The notes below the pieces were generated by a model. That model ran no database searches, had not been told where the DNA came from, and was given only the letters and a program-made list of their open reading frames with translations. From Fistulifera solaris (lineage: Eukaryota): DNA of 64,000 nt. Made by a program: the position numbers and the translations under genes. Location: assembly GCA_030295235.1 (NCBI GenBank), contig AP026144.1, positions 62,001-126,000 of the forward strand. Direction: 5' to 3'. Positions 46,878 to 59,436 of the stretch are shown here, in pieces. Position 1 is the stretch's first letter, and each line of letters starts with the position of its first letter.

Positions 46878-47727
46878 CTTTCGTAATCCGCACAATGAGA
46901 TAGTTGAAAAAATAAAGGAAGGAACAATTGGCTTGAGAATTGTGAGTGCCTCATGTCTGCCGTCGATATTGGTTGTAGGCTAACAAATTGCTGCTTTCAA
47001 ACCATGATGTCGTAAATGCGAACAGTGCTTCATCGATTTCATGAATAGAGTTGCGAATGCGAACAGTTCGGTCTGCGCGCAGCCAGCTGCCAAGTCATTC
47101 CACGACAGCGTTCAATAGTCAGTGCGAACACTTCCAGTTATTTTCCGAAAGGAGACATTCACTAAGACACTTCCCTGGTTTTGTCATTCGTATAAGAAAT
47201 TAAGTAGGGGCAAGTTTTTGATTTCTGTTTATGTGTTTCCTTGGGCCAATACCAGGTACGGAGTACTTGTGTACCAGGTAATTTCGGAGTTTGGATACGG
47301 CTGAGGGTATGTACAAAGTACGAACATGATAAACATCTTTCAAACGGATAGGCATTTGCCAGTCGTTGCCAGTGGCTCTCATGATTCATTTGAGAATCAT
47401 GCGGAGAGGACAACTACAATCTGCATGGCAAGACCTTCCAGCTAATAATTAAAGATCATGAACCCATCAAGACCTCGAACGCGCCGTTGATACATGAACG
47501 AAGGAAAGAGCCCATTATTTTCCCGATTTGCAGACCTTTGCGAGTCTTTCGGAGAGAATGTCACTTAAGCTATTCTCACCTCAGTGCAAGCATGCATTAA
47601 TCCCTAGCCGATAGCCTATGACTCTCTATGAAACCTAAATCATCGGTTTCATTCTATCATTCTGCAAATTCCTCGAACCGACGGTCGCGCGGTCACTCTT
47701 TAATAAATTTATTCTATTCTGCTCACA

Positions 47728-48981
47728 CTAACAAGCGAAAACAACGATCAGCCACGAAACCAGAGTACAACTTAGCCGACTGCTCCAGATCGTGGCATCG
47801 GAAGACAGAAACACAGGCGACAAGGCAATCGGTCCTTCAACAAAGAACGAAGTTTCTGCCGTCGGGGCTTCACTCTCACGAAACACAGGCGCCTCTGTGC
47901 GCTTAACGGGCGGGGCGACGGGTCGTGTTGGTTCTTCGTTCAGCGGTGTCGGTGAGAGTGTCGGCGACTGCGATGGCTTCGGTGATTGCAATTGACTCTG
48001 CTCCTGCGAAGGACTTTCCGTGTCTGCTGTCGTTTGAGCCAGGGTTGGTTCGCCGGTAGGCGGTGGCGTTTCGACGGCGTCGTAGGAGGGGATGTTTGGG
48101 GAGCTGCAGTTGGAGTGCGTGTGGGAGAAAGTGTGGGAGCAGGCACCGGGGCGTATGTTGGAAGAGGTGTGGGCTCAAGGGTCGGTACAATGACTGGGAC
48201 GGGCGCCGCCGTCGGCATAAAAGTAACATCCCCCCTGATTGAAAAAGGCCAAGGCTTCCGCTTGAAAATTATTGAGTTCCGTATCAAAGCAATTGTAGCC
48301 AAAGTAGGGATAGAAATTGGGACAAGAGAATGATTGACGTCCACTGCCATCACAATCGAGACAAGCCACTTGACAGCTTTCTCCATCCACAAACAGCTCC
48401 TGAGGACACTGTACGTAGCAATACGGTTGACTTCCGAATGTCGTCCAGTCCGCATTACTGTCACACAGTTGTACCGACTGCACTGAGAGCAATGTCTTTT
48501 GACTGTATTTTTCGGGCGCCGTAAACACTTCGCTCGATTCTACTGATGCCAAAATGCTGCCACTGACGAAATTAAACGTAAGAGTAGTTGTCGAGCAATA
48601 TGCACCGTCTTGCAGTACAGTAGAAGAATCCGGAAAGAAATAATTCTCCCGATCGTTGGGATCGTTGTAACATCGCGGTCGTGTTTCTTCCAAACGAATC
48701 ACCCATCGGTTTGTCAAATCACCGCCGCATTCAATAAAAGTACTCGGAGAAGTCGTTTTGCAGTACATAGAAATAGAGCATGTACTACTGAGGCTCACTA
48801 ACTCTTCGAAAGCACATCCTCCGATTGCCTCCAAGTGCCGTCGATGATGATGAGCGTGTTGTAGGGACGACTCCACGAAATCATCCTCAGCATTGCTGTA
48901 ACTGCTGCTGTAACTTATTGAAGTAGGATCGATAGCATTCGCCCATGACAGTAAAAAGGAAAGAAACAAATAAGATTTCAT
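47728..48981 (-). CDS. Secreted Cys-rich protein with a Pro/Thr stalk and a probable GPI signal (two frameshifts, at ~48230 and ~48085)
   Basis: 'MKSYLFLSFLLSWANA', 'RRHLE' (RxL-like), a Cys-rich domain, 'PTLEPTPLPTYAP', and the hydrophobic end 'SSDATIWSSRLSCTLVSWLIVVFAC'. Confidence 0.72.
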
Positions 48982-49556
48982 GATTATATTCAAGAAAGAT
49001 GATGCAACGAAGAAGCGTTTGCGTGAAATATCACAAGTGAAAATAGGTGCGATACTGGCATGAACAAAACAAAACAAACGAGAGGAGAAAACGAGGCGTT
49101 GCTTGGAAGCGCACGGTTCCAAAAAAATCACACTTTCTGAGCCACTCCACTCTCAAAGTGGTACGAATGCAAAACAAGAATCAAATGTTGTTTTACACTA
49201 CCATAAAACAACCGTACCAGATTCTTTACTTAAGCAACATATTCCACTGGATCGGATATGGAATTTGGAATCCAGCATTCAAAGAACGAATGAAAATATT
49301 GCCTCAACTCAAAAGTCGTGTGGTCGTGCGTATGATTTCAGTCCCTACTGGTAGTTATTCCTCGCCCGCTTCATGCCCGCTTGATCACTTTTTTGGAAGG
49401 GAAAAGATTCTGAAACACCAATGGGCTACGTACAGTACGTAGCATCACGGAAAACGAGCATAAGATACCCAACAATGAATCTCAAAAGTCACTTGATTAA
49501 TCACGAAAAGCTTCAATGGCGCAAATATTCATTAGTTCTATTCATCTATCATCACC

Positions 49557-50210
49557 ATGTTCTTTTCAGTCCACAAGAAATCGCAAATCAAAGGGCTGTT
49601 CTTCTTCGTCGTCGCACTCATGTTTTGCGAGCCTTCCAAAGCAGAGATAACGATTCTTTCGTCAGTGGCTTTTCGACAGGACATTGAATCGTTTGATCTC
49701 GTTATTGATGCGCGATCGACACGAGAATATGCCAACGGACACATCGAAAATGCTATATTGGTACCGGAACTCGGTTTGCGCGAAAATCAAGTGAATGCAG
49801 GACAACTGGCGACAGCGATGAAGCGTCTCGAGGGTTGCCGCTCGTGTCGTGTGGCTGTCTACAGTTCGACCGGACGCAAAGCCATGATTGCGGCGCAGCA
49901 ATTAGAAGCAATCGGAAAGTTCGAGCAAATTTTCAATGGGTTGGGTGTAGACGATTGGATGAAAGCCGGTTTCCCGCTGGTCACGACGAGACCGAGTGCT
50001 TCGGCGGCGCGCTGTCTGGGTACTTCCGAAGCTTTTTGTTCCGCCAACTCGGACATTAGCCCCACCGAAAATGATACCGGCAACAACGCTATCGCGCAGG
50101 TTCCTGGAAAGAAAATAGTTCCTCCTACAGCGGACAAAGATGCTTTGAAATTGTATGCAGAAGTCAACACTCCAGGCAACGTGCGCCGTCGAAAGCGCGT
50201 TCGTGGTTGA
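49557..50210 (+). CDS. Secreted rhodanese-like protein 1 (active-site Cys replaced by Ser)
   Basis: Signal peptide, 'VIDARSTREYANGHIENA', 'VAVYSSTGRKA', 'GVDDWMKAGFP'. Confidence 0.85.
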   Translation: MFFSVHKKSQIKGLFFFVVALMFCEPSKAEITILSSVAFRQDIESFDLVIDARSTREYANGHIENAILVPELGLRENQVNAGQLATAMKRLEGCRSCRVAVYSSTGRKAMIAAQQLEAIGKFEQIFNGLGVDDWMKAGFPLVTTRPSASAARCLGTSEAFCSANSDISPTENDTGNNAIAQVPGKKIVPPTADKDALKLYAEVNTPGNVRRRKRVRG

Positions 50211-50791
50211 ACGTTTAAAGCGCTTTACGTCGTCGCTGATGATGATTCATCGTAAGCGATCACTGATTATAAACAATGAGAGATGATTCTTGATATACAG
50301 CTTCTAAAGACATCTTTCTTTCACCCGGAGTGTAATGCTAGGTTTACACGGTCTTCTATCTATCTCCGAAAAAGAGCCTCCGAAAGATACCTCGCACCTC
50401 GCGTGCCGCGAAAATTTCAAAAAGCGTGTTCAATAAGTCTTAACCTTGTTTGCGACTCCGTTGGATTTTTGCGCCATTCTAATTCATCATCAACGGAAAT
50501 AAGAATGTCACTTATTTGTACAAACATCTCATTACTACTACCAATACATAGACGCCAGGAACGTGTGTGACGTACAGTGTACTATCAAATGATTGGCATC
50601 TACGAACAAAAGAACATTTCTCGAGAGCCAGCCGTTGTTTCCACAAATGATGGCATTGCTCGACATGCAATGCCCAAAAATAGCCCGGATCCTTTTTCAA
50701 AGTAAAGATTGGCTCATAATAACGAATCATTTTGCAGAGGAACAGTGCAGGTATCATTGCCATTATTTCAAACGCAACAAATCACAATAGA

Positions 50792-51476
50792 ATGAAAACT
50801 TTTGCGCTCGTTTTCTTCTTGAGTCAATACGTCCTTTCGACGCAAGCTGTTATACGCGTCTTGACATCGCAAACGTTCTTTCGCGGCATTGAAGACGGTC
50901 GTTTTGATGTCATTGGCGACAGTCGATCGGCTGAAGACTATAATCGAGAACATATTGCCAATGTGACGCATTTAGAACTCTTGCACTTGGCGGGGCGACC
51001 CAATCAGAAAGCCACTCCAGAGGATTTAGAGGGGTGCGAATTTTGTCACATTGTTCTTTATTCTACTGACGGCAACCGAGCACAAGAGGCATTGCAAATA
51101 TTAGAAGACGCTGGTTTCAAGAATCTATACAATGGCTTGGGTGTTGTGCAATGGGCTGCTGCGGGCTTTCCGTTGGTGACAAGGTCCGAGAACGTCGTGC
51201 CACCCTGCACTACTAGTCGTAGAGTCAGTGCGCAATGTGAAGAGAGACACCAGGCCAACAATCCTACTGCTCCAGCTCCTGTCAGAGCACCCATTCCTAC
51301 CGTACGACCGCCCGCACCGGCAACGGCTCCGGTGCGGCCACCATCGCCTTCCCCCTCCAGTTGTACCTGTCAAGAAAGTGGTGCCGAAAGATCCGCTTAA
51401 AGATGCTCTCAAAATTGCTAGCGCAACGGATATAAGCCGAGGAAGCTTAAATCGTCGACGAGTACGGGGTGATTAG
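50792..51476 (+). CDS. Secreted rhodanese-like protein 2 (Cys replaced by Ser; frameshift ~51345-51360)
   Basis: 'MKTFALVFFLSQYVLSTQA', 'DSRSAEDYNREHI', 'IVLYSTDGNRA', 'GVVQWAAAGFP'. The C-terminus in the shifted frame matches paralog 1. Confidence 0.82.
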
Positions 51477-51842
51477 GACTAAATGTGATCACTTGAGTCG
51501 CACGAGTGCTCCGTGCTTGTAGCACATGCATTGAGTAATACAGTTGTTCATGTTAAATTACATCATTCACTTTTACAGCTTTGTATGAGCCTGCTCATCT
51601 GGTTTGTTGTACTAAAGCAGTCGTTTATTGTTGCGTGTTGTTCCTTTTTCCATACTTATAAAGAATAGAATCAGTGAGTCTCGCATAGTCTCACAAGTTT
51701 AAGCGTATGGACAAGAACGCACAAAATTGTTGTTATGATACCTTAGCTGTCTTGTCTACAAAAACTAGAGTCCACTGACAATGGCTTGATTTACACACGG
51801 TGCATACAGAGTGCGAAGTCAAGGCGACACGACCTTCTCGGA

Positions 51843-52234
51843 TCACCCAGCTGACGCGTGATGCGATGATGCGCAGCTTTTTCGAGGTTGCGGTGGCAAC
51901 TTGTGTAGTTGCTCCTGAAGTTGCGGTTGTTTTGTTTGTTGTTTATGTTTCGCGTAAAGCATGCGCTGCAAAGGCTCCTGGGCAATCTTTAGCTGTTGCT
52001 GATGTGAGAGAGTGCCCTCCGTCGGCCGATTGGTGACAAGAGCGACGTAGAGCAAGAAGAAGAGGCTTCCGACATTGCGGACGAAGAAGATTCATCTCCA
52101 ATCAACATTAACTTTGGCAACTCTTGGCGCAATTCGCTGGTATTTCGACGTCTTTGTGTGGAAGTATAGCAGGGAGAAATGATCGGAGAGTAGTTTGTCG
52201 CGTCATACCAATGGTCATTCGATGTTTGAGTCAT
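51843..52234 (-). CDS. Possible small low-complexity protein (needs one frameshift)
   Basis: ORFs 51989..52234 and 51843..52055 overlap and read as one Ser/Gln-rich protein. Confidence 0.3.
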
Positions 52235-53304
52235 TATATGCTAGCTATTGGTCAAGTTTGTTTGTTGTTTGATGGTTATGTTTGGTGTTGGTTTTCATGA
52301 AGTAATTGCAATAAATATAAGGAGGGTTGTTTTTCTCTTCGTGTGAGAGGGAAGTATCAATTGTGTGAAGTGTGAAATGATGGGGCTGATGAGAAATGAA
52401 CGTCGTTTGTCGTTTGTGCATTGGGAAAAGGGAGACCACAATCCACAGAAACTCTTACAGTACAAAGTTTATGGTTATGGTATGTGGCATGGACATAATC
52501 GTACGAAGAACGAAGAACGAAGAACTTCAAGTCGAAATCATAGTCGGAGTAGTCTCCGTCTCCCGACTCTGAGAGAGTGTCTACACCGCCCCGAATTCGA
52601 ATTCCTTGAACTTTCAACTTTCAACCAACTTTGATAAAGTAATCACAAGACACAGTTCTTGGAAATCTTCGCCGTTCGTTGCACTTTAATCTTGCAAGAT
52701 AAGCCTCGGTGTCAGGCAGCAATCAGTCAGAGTCAGACTACATACAAAGTGTAGAAGGATAGTATTTTTGGTTCTTGGTTATCGGTTATTACGTAGTAAT
52801 TATTTATGAAGAAAAAGTGTCAGTTACGTTGTTTGGGTCGTGTTTTCTAAACTAGTGCTTTTCGTTGGATGATAAAAATATTTGTAGTAGTAGTCACCCA
52901 GCGGCCAGCGGGATTCGCTACCAGCACTGCACGGTCATTTTTTCTTAGTTTAGAGTTCAGACACTCCCGACTCCCGATTTAAAAGGGGGGAGAGATTTTC
53001 GCGCCAGCCAATCTCCAACGTCAAAGTCGTGTCTGAGTCACACGTGCCTCGTTTTGCAATCCTTCCCGCGTGTTTGTATGTTTGTATCCCGTGTTTGGAT
53101 GAAATCGTGGCTCATTGGACGTGCCGTTTTACAACCGTTTGACTTGTCATCCTTTTTCGTTTTTGCCATTATCATTATTTATCATTACCAGGTACTACGT
53201 ACAAGTAACAGCCCAACACGCACCACGACAGCACGACGGTGCATTTCAGTTCGCTTTTTCTTTGTTTTCATTTGTTTTGAATCCTTTTGTATTTGTAAGC
53301 GAAA

Positions 53305-54961
53305 ATGACACGTCTAAAGCTAGCTTGTTGGTGGCTTTGTGCACTTTCATTAAGCGTACATTCAATGGGAAACCGCTTGCCTCCTTTAGAATTTCTCGGC
53401 AATCAATTTTTCAATTCGGAAACGGGAGAATCCGTGCGATTGAAAGGCGTCGCTTATTATCCGCGACCGAACGCGGGTACGCTCAATGTGAACGGTCTTG
53501 ATTTCTTTCATGAAGACTATCGTGAGCTCTGGGAAAGAGATATCGCATGGATGAAAAAATTAGGGATCAATGCTGTACGGATATATGCCGTCGATACTAG
53601 CAAAGATCACGATGGTTTCATGTGTGCGATGCAGGAAGCGGGTATTTACGTGCTCGTCGGTCTTTCAGCAACCTGCGACGGCTGCTCGATTACGATGGAC
53701 CCCGCTCCGGATTGCTATTCGTCGTCGCTGAAAGTGCGCGGTATGCAAGTCATTAATCATTTTTCGAAATACGAAAACGTTCTTGGCTTTGATGCGACCA
53801 ATGAAGTCCACTTGAACAGTAATGTTTCTGATACGGGGCCTTGTCAGCGAAAATTTCTTTCCGATATGAAGACCTTCATTTCCGATTGCGATGCCATGCC
53901 TCGTAAAATACCTGTGGGCCTTTCCTTTGCAGATCGAGATCGTACCCTGATAATCGACTATTACAACTGTGAGGAACAGCGAGGTGATACCGGCTTTCCG
54001 GATTGGATTGGCCTTAATATATACTTGGATTGCAACCCGGATCATTTGTCTGCAAATGAGTCGAAGGCCTTTCCTGTGTTGCTGTCTGATTTTGAAAATT
54101 ATTCACTTCCGGTTTTGGTCAGTCGCAAAACAGTACATCTGCTCTTGACGAGTGCGCAACTTCACTAATGCTATCTCTTCCCTCTTTTTTCTATTATTAT
54201 AGCTTACAGAATTTGGATGTAACGGTCCTCAATTTCCCACCATTGATGGTTTCGAGGGACAGCGAAACTGGAGAGCCGCAAAGTGGTTACACGAAGGAAT
54301 GTATCAAGAAGCTTTCGTAGGGACATTTGCGTTTGAGTTTTCCACAGAAGCGATATGGGCAAATAGAACCGGCGGTTATTATCCATTTCAAGTTTACTCA
54401 GATGGCGATCATGGTATTGGATATTATCAGCCGGAATTATGCGATCATATAGATGTTCCGTGCGAGTACGTAATGAAGCCTCAGTTTGATTTATTAAAGG
54501 AACAGTATGCGGCAACACCGAATTCTGGGGCCTTTCAACGAGCTACGTTTATACCAAAATCCACGGCTCGAACCGTGTGTCCTCCGGGGATCGAGCCCGT
54601 AAGTAACTTTGTTTGGCCTTCGGATGACGAAGCTGGGCCGTATTGTTGGGACCAGTCCGTCGATCCGTGTGGTACAAAGCCCGGAGATGACAACGGTAGT
54701 GTGGAAGCTCCAACAGGTACTCCGTCTTCAGGAAGTCCGCCTACTGAAACATCTCCAACGGATCCATCACCGACAGGAAGACCTCCATCAGGTTCTCCAA
54801 CAACAGGGACTTCACCATCAGGTAATCCATCATCAGGAACCACCCCATCATCCACGTTGCCTTCAGATGGTGGTTCTGCGGACAGTTCTGATGGATCTCG
54901 CGCAATGCTTGCCTACGCTTCATTGGCCATAACTATGGGCTTGATCCAATGTTCACTATAA
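53305..54961 (+). CDS. GH72 beta-1,3-glucanosyltransferase (Gas/Gel-like), probably GPI-anchored; intron 54118-54202
   Basis: 'LKGVAYYP', 'LGINAVRIYAVD', 'AGIYVLV', catalytic 'TNEV' and 'VL|LTEFGC', 'GTFAFEF', a Ser/Thr/Pro stalk and a hydrophobic C-terminus. Confidence 0.92.
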
Positions 54962-55916
54962 CCATTCATGCTTATACTCCCTTCCTCATTACCCTAGGCG
55001 ACGATTGTGTGTGGTAAAAAGTAGTTGTAATAATGCAATCTGCGATTAGCATGTGTAGAGCAATCGCGGAGATTTTTTATTTACCACGCCGTAGTAAATC
55101 GCTGTATTGAAAATCTGTCTCATCAAGTCTTGATGATTCTTGAGTCTCATTGGTACGAATGTTATCAAAGCTTTCACCAACGTAGACTCTTTATACCAAT
55201 GAGCAATAAAAGGCAGTTAAATGAACTGAAATATGGGAAGCGAAGTTAAGATGCAACGAATCTTAATTTTAAGTGTAAAGCAGGTAGGGTCTCGTAGGGT
55301 CTTGTAGGGAAGTCATCGATGTAGATTTTCGATTTGACCCATTCCTGTTCCTGGGTCTCTTTGGCAGAAAGGTGATCGGCACTTTCCCCAACGTAGCCAC
55401 AGTACGTTATACCAATTAACAGTTATCGTCATCACTTGGACTAACAGCTGAAAATGTCGATTACGTTTTTTCGACCAATTTTCATCGCGAACAACAATAA
55501 CAACAATGTTCATCAATGCGTAAAACAAGAATCGACATGAATATCATCGCAGAACGTACATGGGAGGAAGACGGAGCGTTCGGATATCTACGTTAAGGAC
55601 GTATTGGCTAGGTACGTAGCCCTGATGATCGCCTTTCTACTCTGTCGTTTGTTTGTCCCTCGTTTTGCTTGTTCGCGTTTCCGCATGTATCGCTTGATCC
55701 TGGCGCCTCTTGCTGTTGTTGCTTTTCTTCTCAAGTATTAAGAATGGACATGACACAAAAAGATCACAAAAGCAGTCTTCTTTCGCTTCCATTGCGTCAG
55801 ATCAGAACTAAGGACACGACAACGAAGCTGAATTTTAACTTTGTTTTATGTTTAATTGAAACTGGAATGTTTACGATCGATCACGACAAATGCGTCCAAA
55901 TTCAGAAAAAATGCAT

Positions 55917-57248
55917 TTAAAGAATTCGACCGTCATCTTTACTGCTCAGTAAGCGCTCATCAAAAGATCGGGGAAGGCGTGGATCGGGTTGCAAGACTGG
56001 TTCACGACGAAACTCGTCAGCAGAGAGCATTTTGATGAACTCATTTTCTTTCTTTCTGGGACGTTCAGGCTTCTCTTTCTTCACCGCAGACGGCTTCTGT
56101 TGCTGTTCGATCATCAATGCGCGAGCTGGGTTGTTCGTCGCAGTGCTATGATTATGAAAATCTTCCAGAGATACAGAAGAAAGACAAAATGGGACCATTT
56201 TGAACTCTTTGTTACGTGGCTTTCTAGTGGAAGCTAATGTTGAGTTCTGCTTCGTTGGATCTGAGCGGTTGCTTGACTCAGAAGAGCTGTCGGTTGTTTT
56301 CGCTGTGTAGCCGGAAGGTGTGGTGCCTTCTAAAGTGCGATCGCCCTCGGGAGCGAGCCCGTTCTTGGCTATGCGTGTAGATACTGCTTTTATGGTTTGA
56401 GACACAGTAAAGACGGCGTTTTTCGGTTTTGCGACCTTCTTGTACGAGAGATTCGTGTGCGCTTTGAGAGCTTCATATTCCGCCACCTTGGATTCGTTCA
56501 GACTACTTTTGTTCTTGCGCCGTCCTGCAAGCAGGGTGTTGTACTCGGAGGAATCCAACTTCGCACTACCTTGACGGACCATCGAGCCCTGTTGGCTTTG
56601 TCTCTGATGAGGTGCTCCCTTTGGCTTAGCGTTCTTATCAACGTGACGCTGTGATACCTTACTCTTGTTGTTGTATTTATTCTGTTCGGTCTTACTCGCA
56701 AACGAGGAAGTAGCCGAACTCGCATCGGCGTAGCTGCGTTCACTAAAATCGAGGCTGGATATTATCGTTTCGCTGTCTTGGTCTCGAGGCATTCCTATTC
56801 CTCGAAAGGATCCATTGAAGTGAGGCGAGCCACAAACTAAAGGAACCCCGATACTGTGAACCGGTTCGTTGTATTGCAATCTGGAGGATGCCATAAAACG
56901 TTTATCGGCTATTGGTGCATTCGGCCAAGCGTAATGCTGGGGATACTGGCTGTATTCCATCGTTTGAGGGTGCTTTGTATCCATGCCCGAAATGGGTGCC
57001 CATTGCTGTACAGCGCGAGGATCGTTTGGCAAAGGCGTGGCATTTTCAAGCTTCATTATAGACGGTGCAATTGCTGGAGATGGTGCGCTGTTTCTCTGAA
57101 GCAAATTCGCCACCTTGGATAGGTTATCTCGCTGCTGTCTCAGCACTTCAATCATGTGATTGTCATCGCTTTGCTCCGACTCGGTAGGAGCCATGCTTGC
57201 GTTAGGAGCTGCCGATGAGGCGCTCATAGGAGCCACAGGTCTCGTCAT
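55917..57248 (-). CDS. Hypothetical low-complexity, probably disordered protein
   Basis: Intact 443-aa ORF rich in Ser/Lys/Gln; no recognised domain. Confidence 0.7.
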   Translation of the reverse strand: MTRPVAPMSASSAAPNASMAPTESEQSDDNHMIEVLRQQRDNLSKVANLLQRNSAPSPAIAPSIMKLENATPLPNDPRAVQQWAPISGMDTKHPQTMEYSQYPQHYAWPNAPIADKRFMASSRLQYNEPVHSIGVPLVCGSPHFNGSFRGIGMPRDQDSETIISSLDFSERSYADASSATSSFASKTEQNKYNNKSKVSQRHVDKNAKPKGAPHQRQSQQGSMVRQGSAKLDSSEYNTLLAGRRKNKSSLNESKVAEYEALKAHTNLSYKKVAKPKNAVFTVSQTIKAVSTRIAKNGLAPEGDRTLEGTTPSGYTAKTTDSSSESSNRSDPTKQNSTLASTRKPRNKEFKMVPFCLSSVSLEDFHNHSTATNNPARALMIEQQQKPSAVKKEKPERPRKKENEFIKMLSADEFRREPVLQPDPRLPRSFDERLLSSKDDGRIL

Positions 57249-58473
57249 ATATCAACTTGCTTGAGGACGGTTCAGCCAGCGAAAGAACTGAATGCTTGAT
57301 AAATTTGAACGACGACGAAACTGCTGGTAAATAAGCGCTGTGAGTGTGAGGATGATACGGGGTACAAGTACCTCATAACTTTCGAAAAAAGAAACAGAAG
57401 AAAATCAAACGCGCCAAGCACTAAGTCGGGACACAGAGCTAAAGAGAACCCTAAATAAAACGGAGGGCCATTCATTTCCTCGCCAAACTATGTAAAATTG
57501 ACAACTTTTAATTCGTGAAAGTTACGACTTCGTACAGTTCAATTTACAGTCTTTGTACTGTTTCCTAGATTATTGACAGTAGCTTATCGTTTCAAAACCG
57601 CGAAATGGTTCTACGCTTCAGAAGCAAGTCGCAAAAGTCGAAAAAGTACCTTCTTGTTCTAGAAAAGCTACTGGCTTGCCATTCTAACTTTTATTAATTA
57701 TTGAGGGGTTACCAATATGCAATAAGCAACAACTGGACAAGTTGACTTAGGACTGTCCGGCACAGAGAGTTGCAGATAGCAAATTCAAGTAAGGCTTAAA
57801 CCTTAATACGATTCTCCGGCTGATGCGATATGGGATATGGGATAATTGATAAGTTTTCAACATTTATCATTGTGATTCATTATTTACTAGAGAGGGACAG
57901 ATTAAAGATGTGCCGATAATTGATGTTCTGACGAATATGTAGTATGTAGTCGAAGCCAAAAGAACACGTCGCACACGAATACCTCCGGGATCCGGGACCA
58001 CACTCCGGACACTGCGCCGCACAGTTTCGCACAGTCTTCCTTCTTCCTTTTACTACAAAGTATTGCGCATTTAGATCGTCTACAGTCTACCAGGTACAGT
58101 ATTGTACCGGTAGCAGTAGTGACGTAGTGGCTGTTTGGCTGCTGAACCTTGGTTCACTGTTACCGAGTACTGGCGTATTGGTACTTTTTTTGAAACAAAG
58201 TACAAAGAGAGCTCTCTGCTCTCTGGGAGTGCGAGAGAGTCCCGAATTTCCATTTTTATCACAGCCGCACGACAAACGTACGAGGCATAGAGGAGTGAGC
58301 AGTCATGAAGGCATTGTGCAGGAAACCTAAAGTGCATCCAGGTCAATAATTAAAATGAACGAAAGAGAGTTCCTTCGTCATTAACAAGTAGAGAAAGTAA
58401 TACTCTAAAGGACAAGTTTTAAAAAAACTTACATAGTACAGAGTGCCGCTTTTCACGGAGCATCTTGTTGTTA

Positions 58474-58860
58474 TTATAATCCGTACTCCTTCAAGATGTG
58501 ACGGATCCGCTTTGCAACAGCCTTGTCACGAGGACTGCCGTCAATCATCGCCTTGCTCCTCAAATGGATGACAATTCGCCTGATCGTAACCGGATAGTTG
58601 TAGAAGCGAAGATTGGAAATGAAGGAAATAATTTCTTCTTGAATTTCAATTGAATAGATGCTCTTTCGACCTCCTCCGGGCAAATACTTCTTCTTTTGCG
58701 CATCGGGAAGTGTTCATCCAAGCTTTGCAAACTGCGTGACCCAACGAGACACTTGAGATTGCGCGATGTTGTACTTACTTGCAATCTCTTTTTGAGTGAA
58801 GGTGTAGGACTTTGCTTCAAGAGCAATGGTCATCTTTTGCTCGTTGGTGAGAGCAAATTT
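58474..58860 (-). mobile_element. pogo/Tc5-like transposase remnant (N-terminal HTH domains only)
   Basis: 'LTNEQKMTI...TQKEIASKYNIAQSQVSRW', an in-frame TGA at 58714-58716, then 'GGGRKSIY..IQEEIISFISNLR...PVTIRRI...RIRHILKEYGL**'. No DDE domain visible. Confidence 0.6.
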
Positions 58861-59436
58861 TTCGGCATGTCGTACGTCGTGATGTGCGGGGGAAAAAAAC
58901 CAATGATGGGTCTCACACGGAAAATGGCATAACTTCCGAACCAAGGGAGGGCGTCTGAGATGTTTCATATACCGTTGAAAACCATTTGAGACAAGGAATT
59001 CGCTTCCGTTGAAATCGCAGGCCGGTTGACTGTAGATCAAAAACTTCCCATAAATCTAGCATATTTAGGCGCGAAATTTAAAAGCAATCGAAAAAATTCG
59101 AAATGCTTTAAGTAAACGTACCACGAATGTCCGAACGGAAATATGCTTTACGGTACCGGCACCTGGTAAGTAAGGTTACTCTCTCCATCCTCTCTAGCAA
59201 GAGAAATGGAAATTACCTTCAAATAAAGAAAAGAAAAGTCTAGAGAGACAAAAGGGGAAAGGGGCTAATCCCTTGTCACTTATCAAATAGGAAGTATGTC
59301 AGCACGCCCGAAATGTAAGAAATCACACACAATTCTAAACAGCGTGATCGAATTTTCCTCCAGATGGTCTGTCAATTTCACCATCAAGCGATAGCGAGTA
59401 TTGGTATATAAAAAATGCATCAACACTCTGAGAGGT

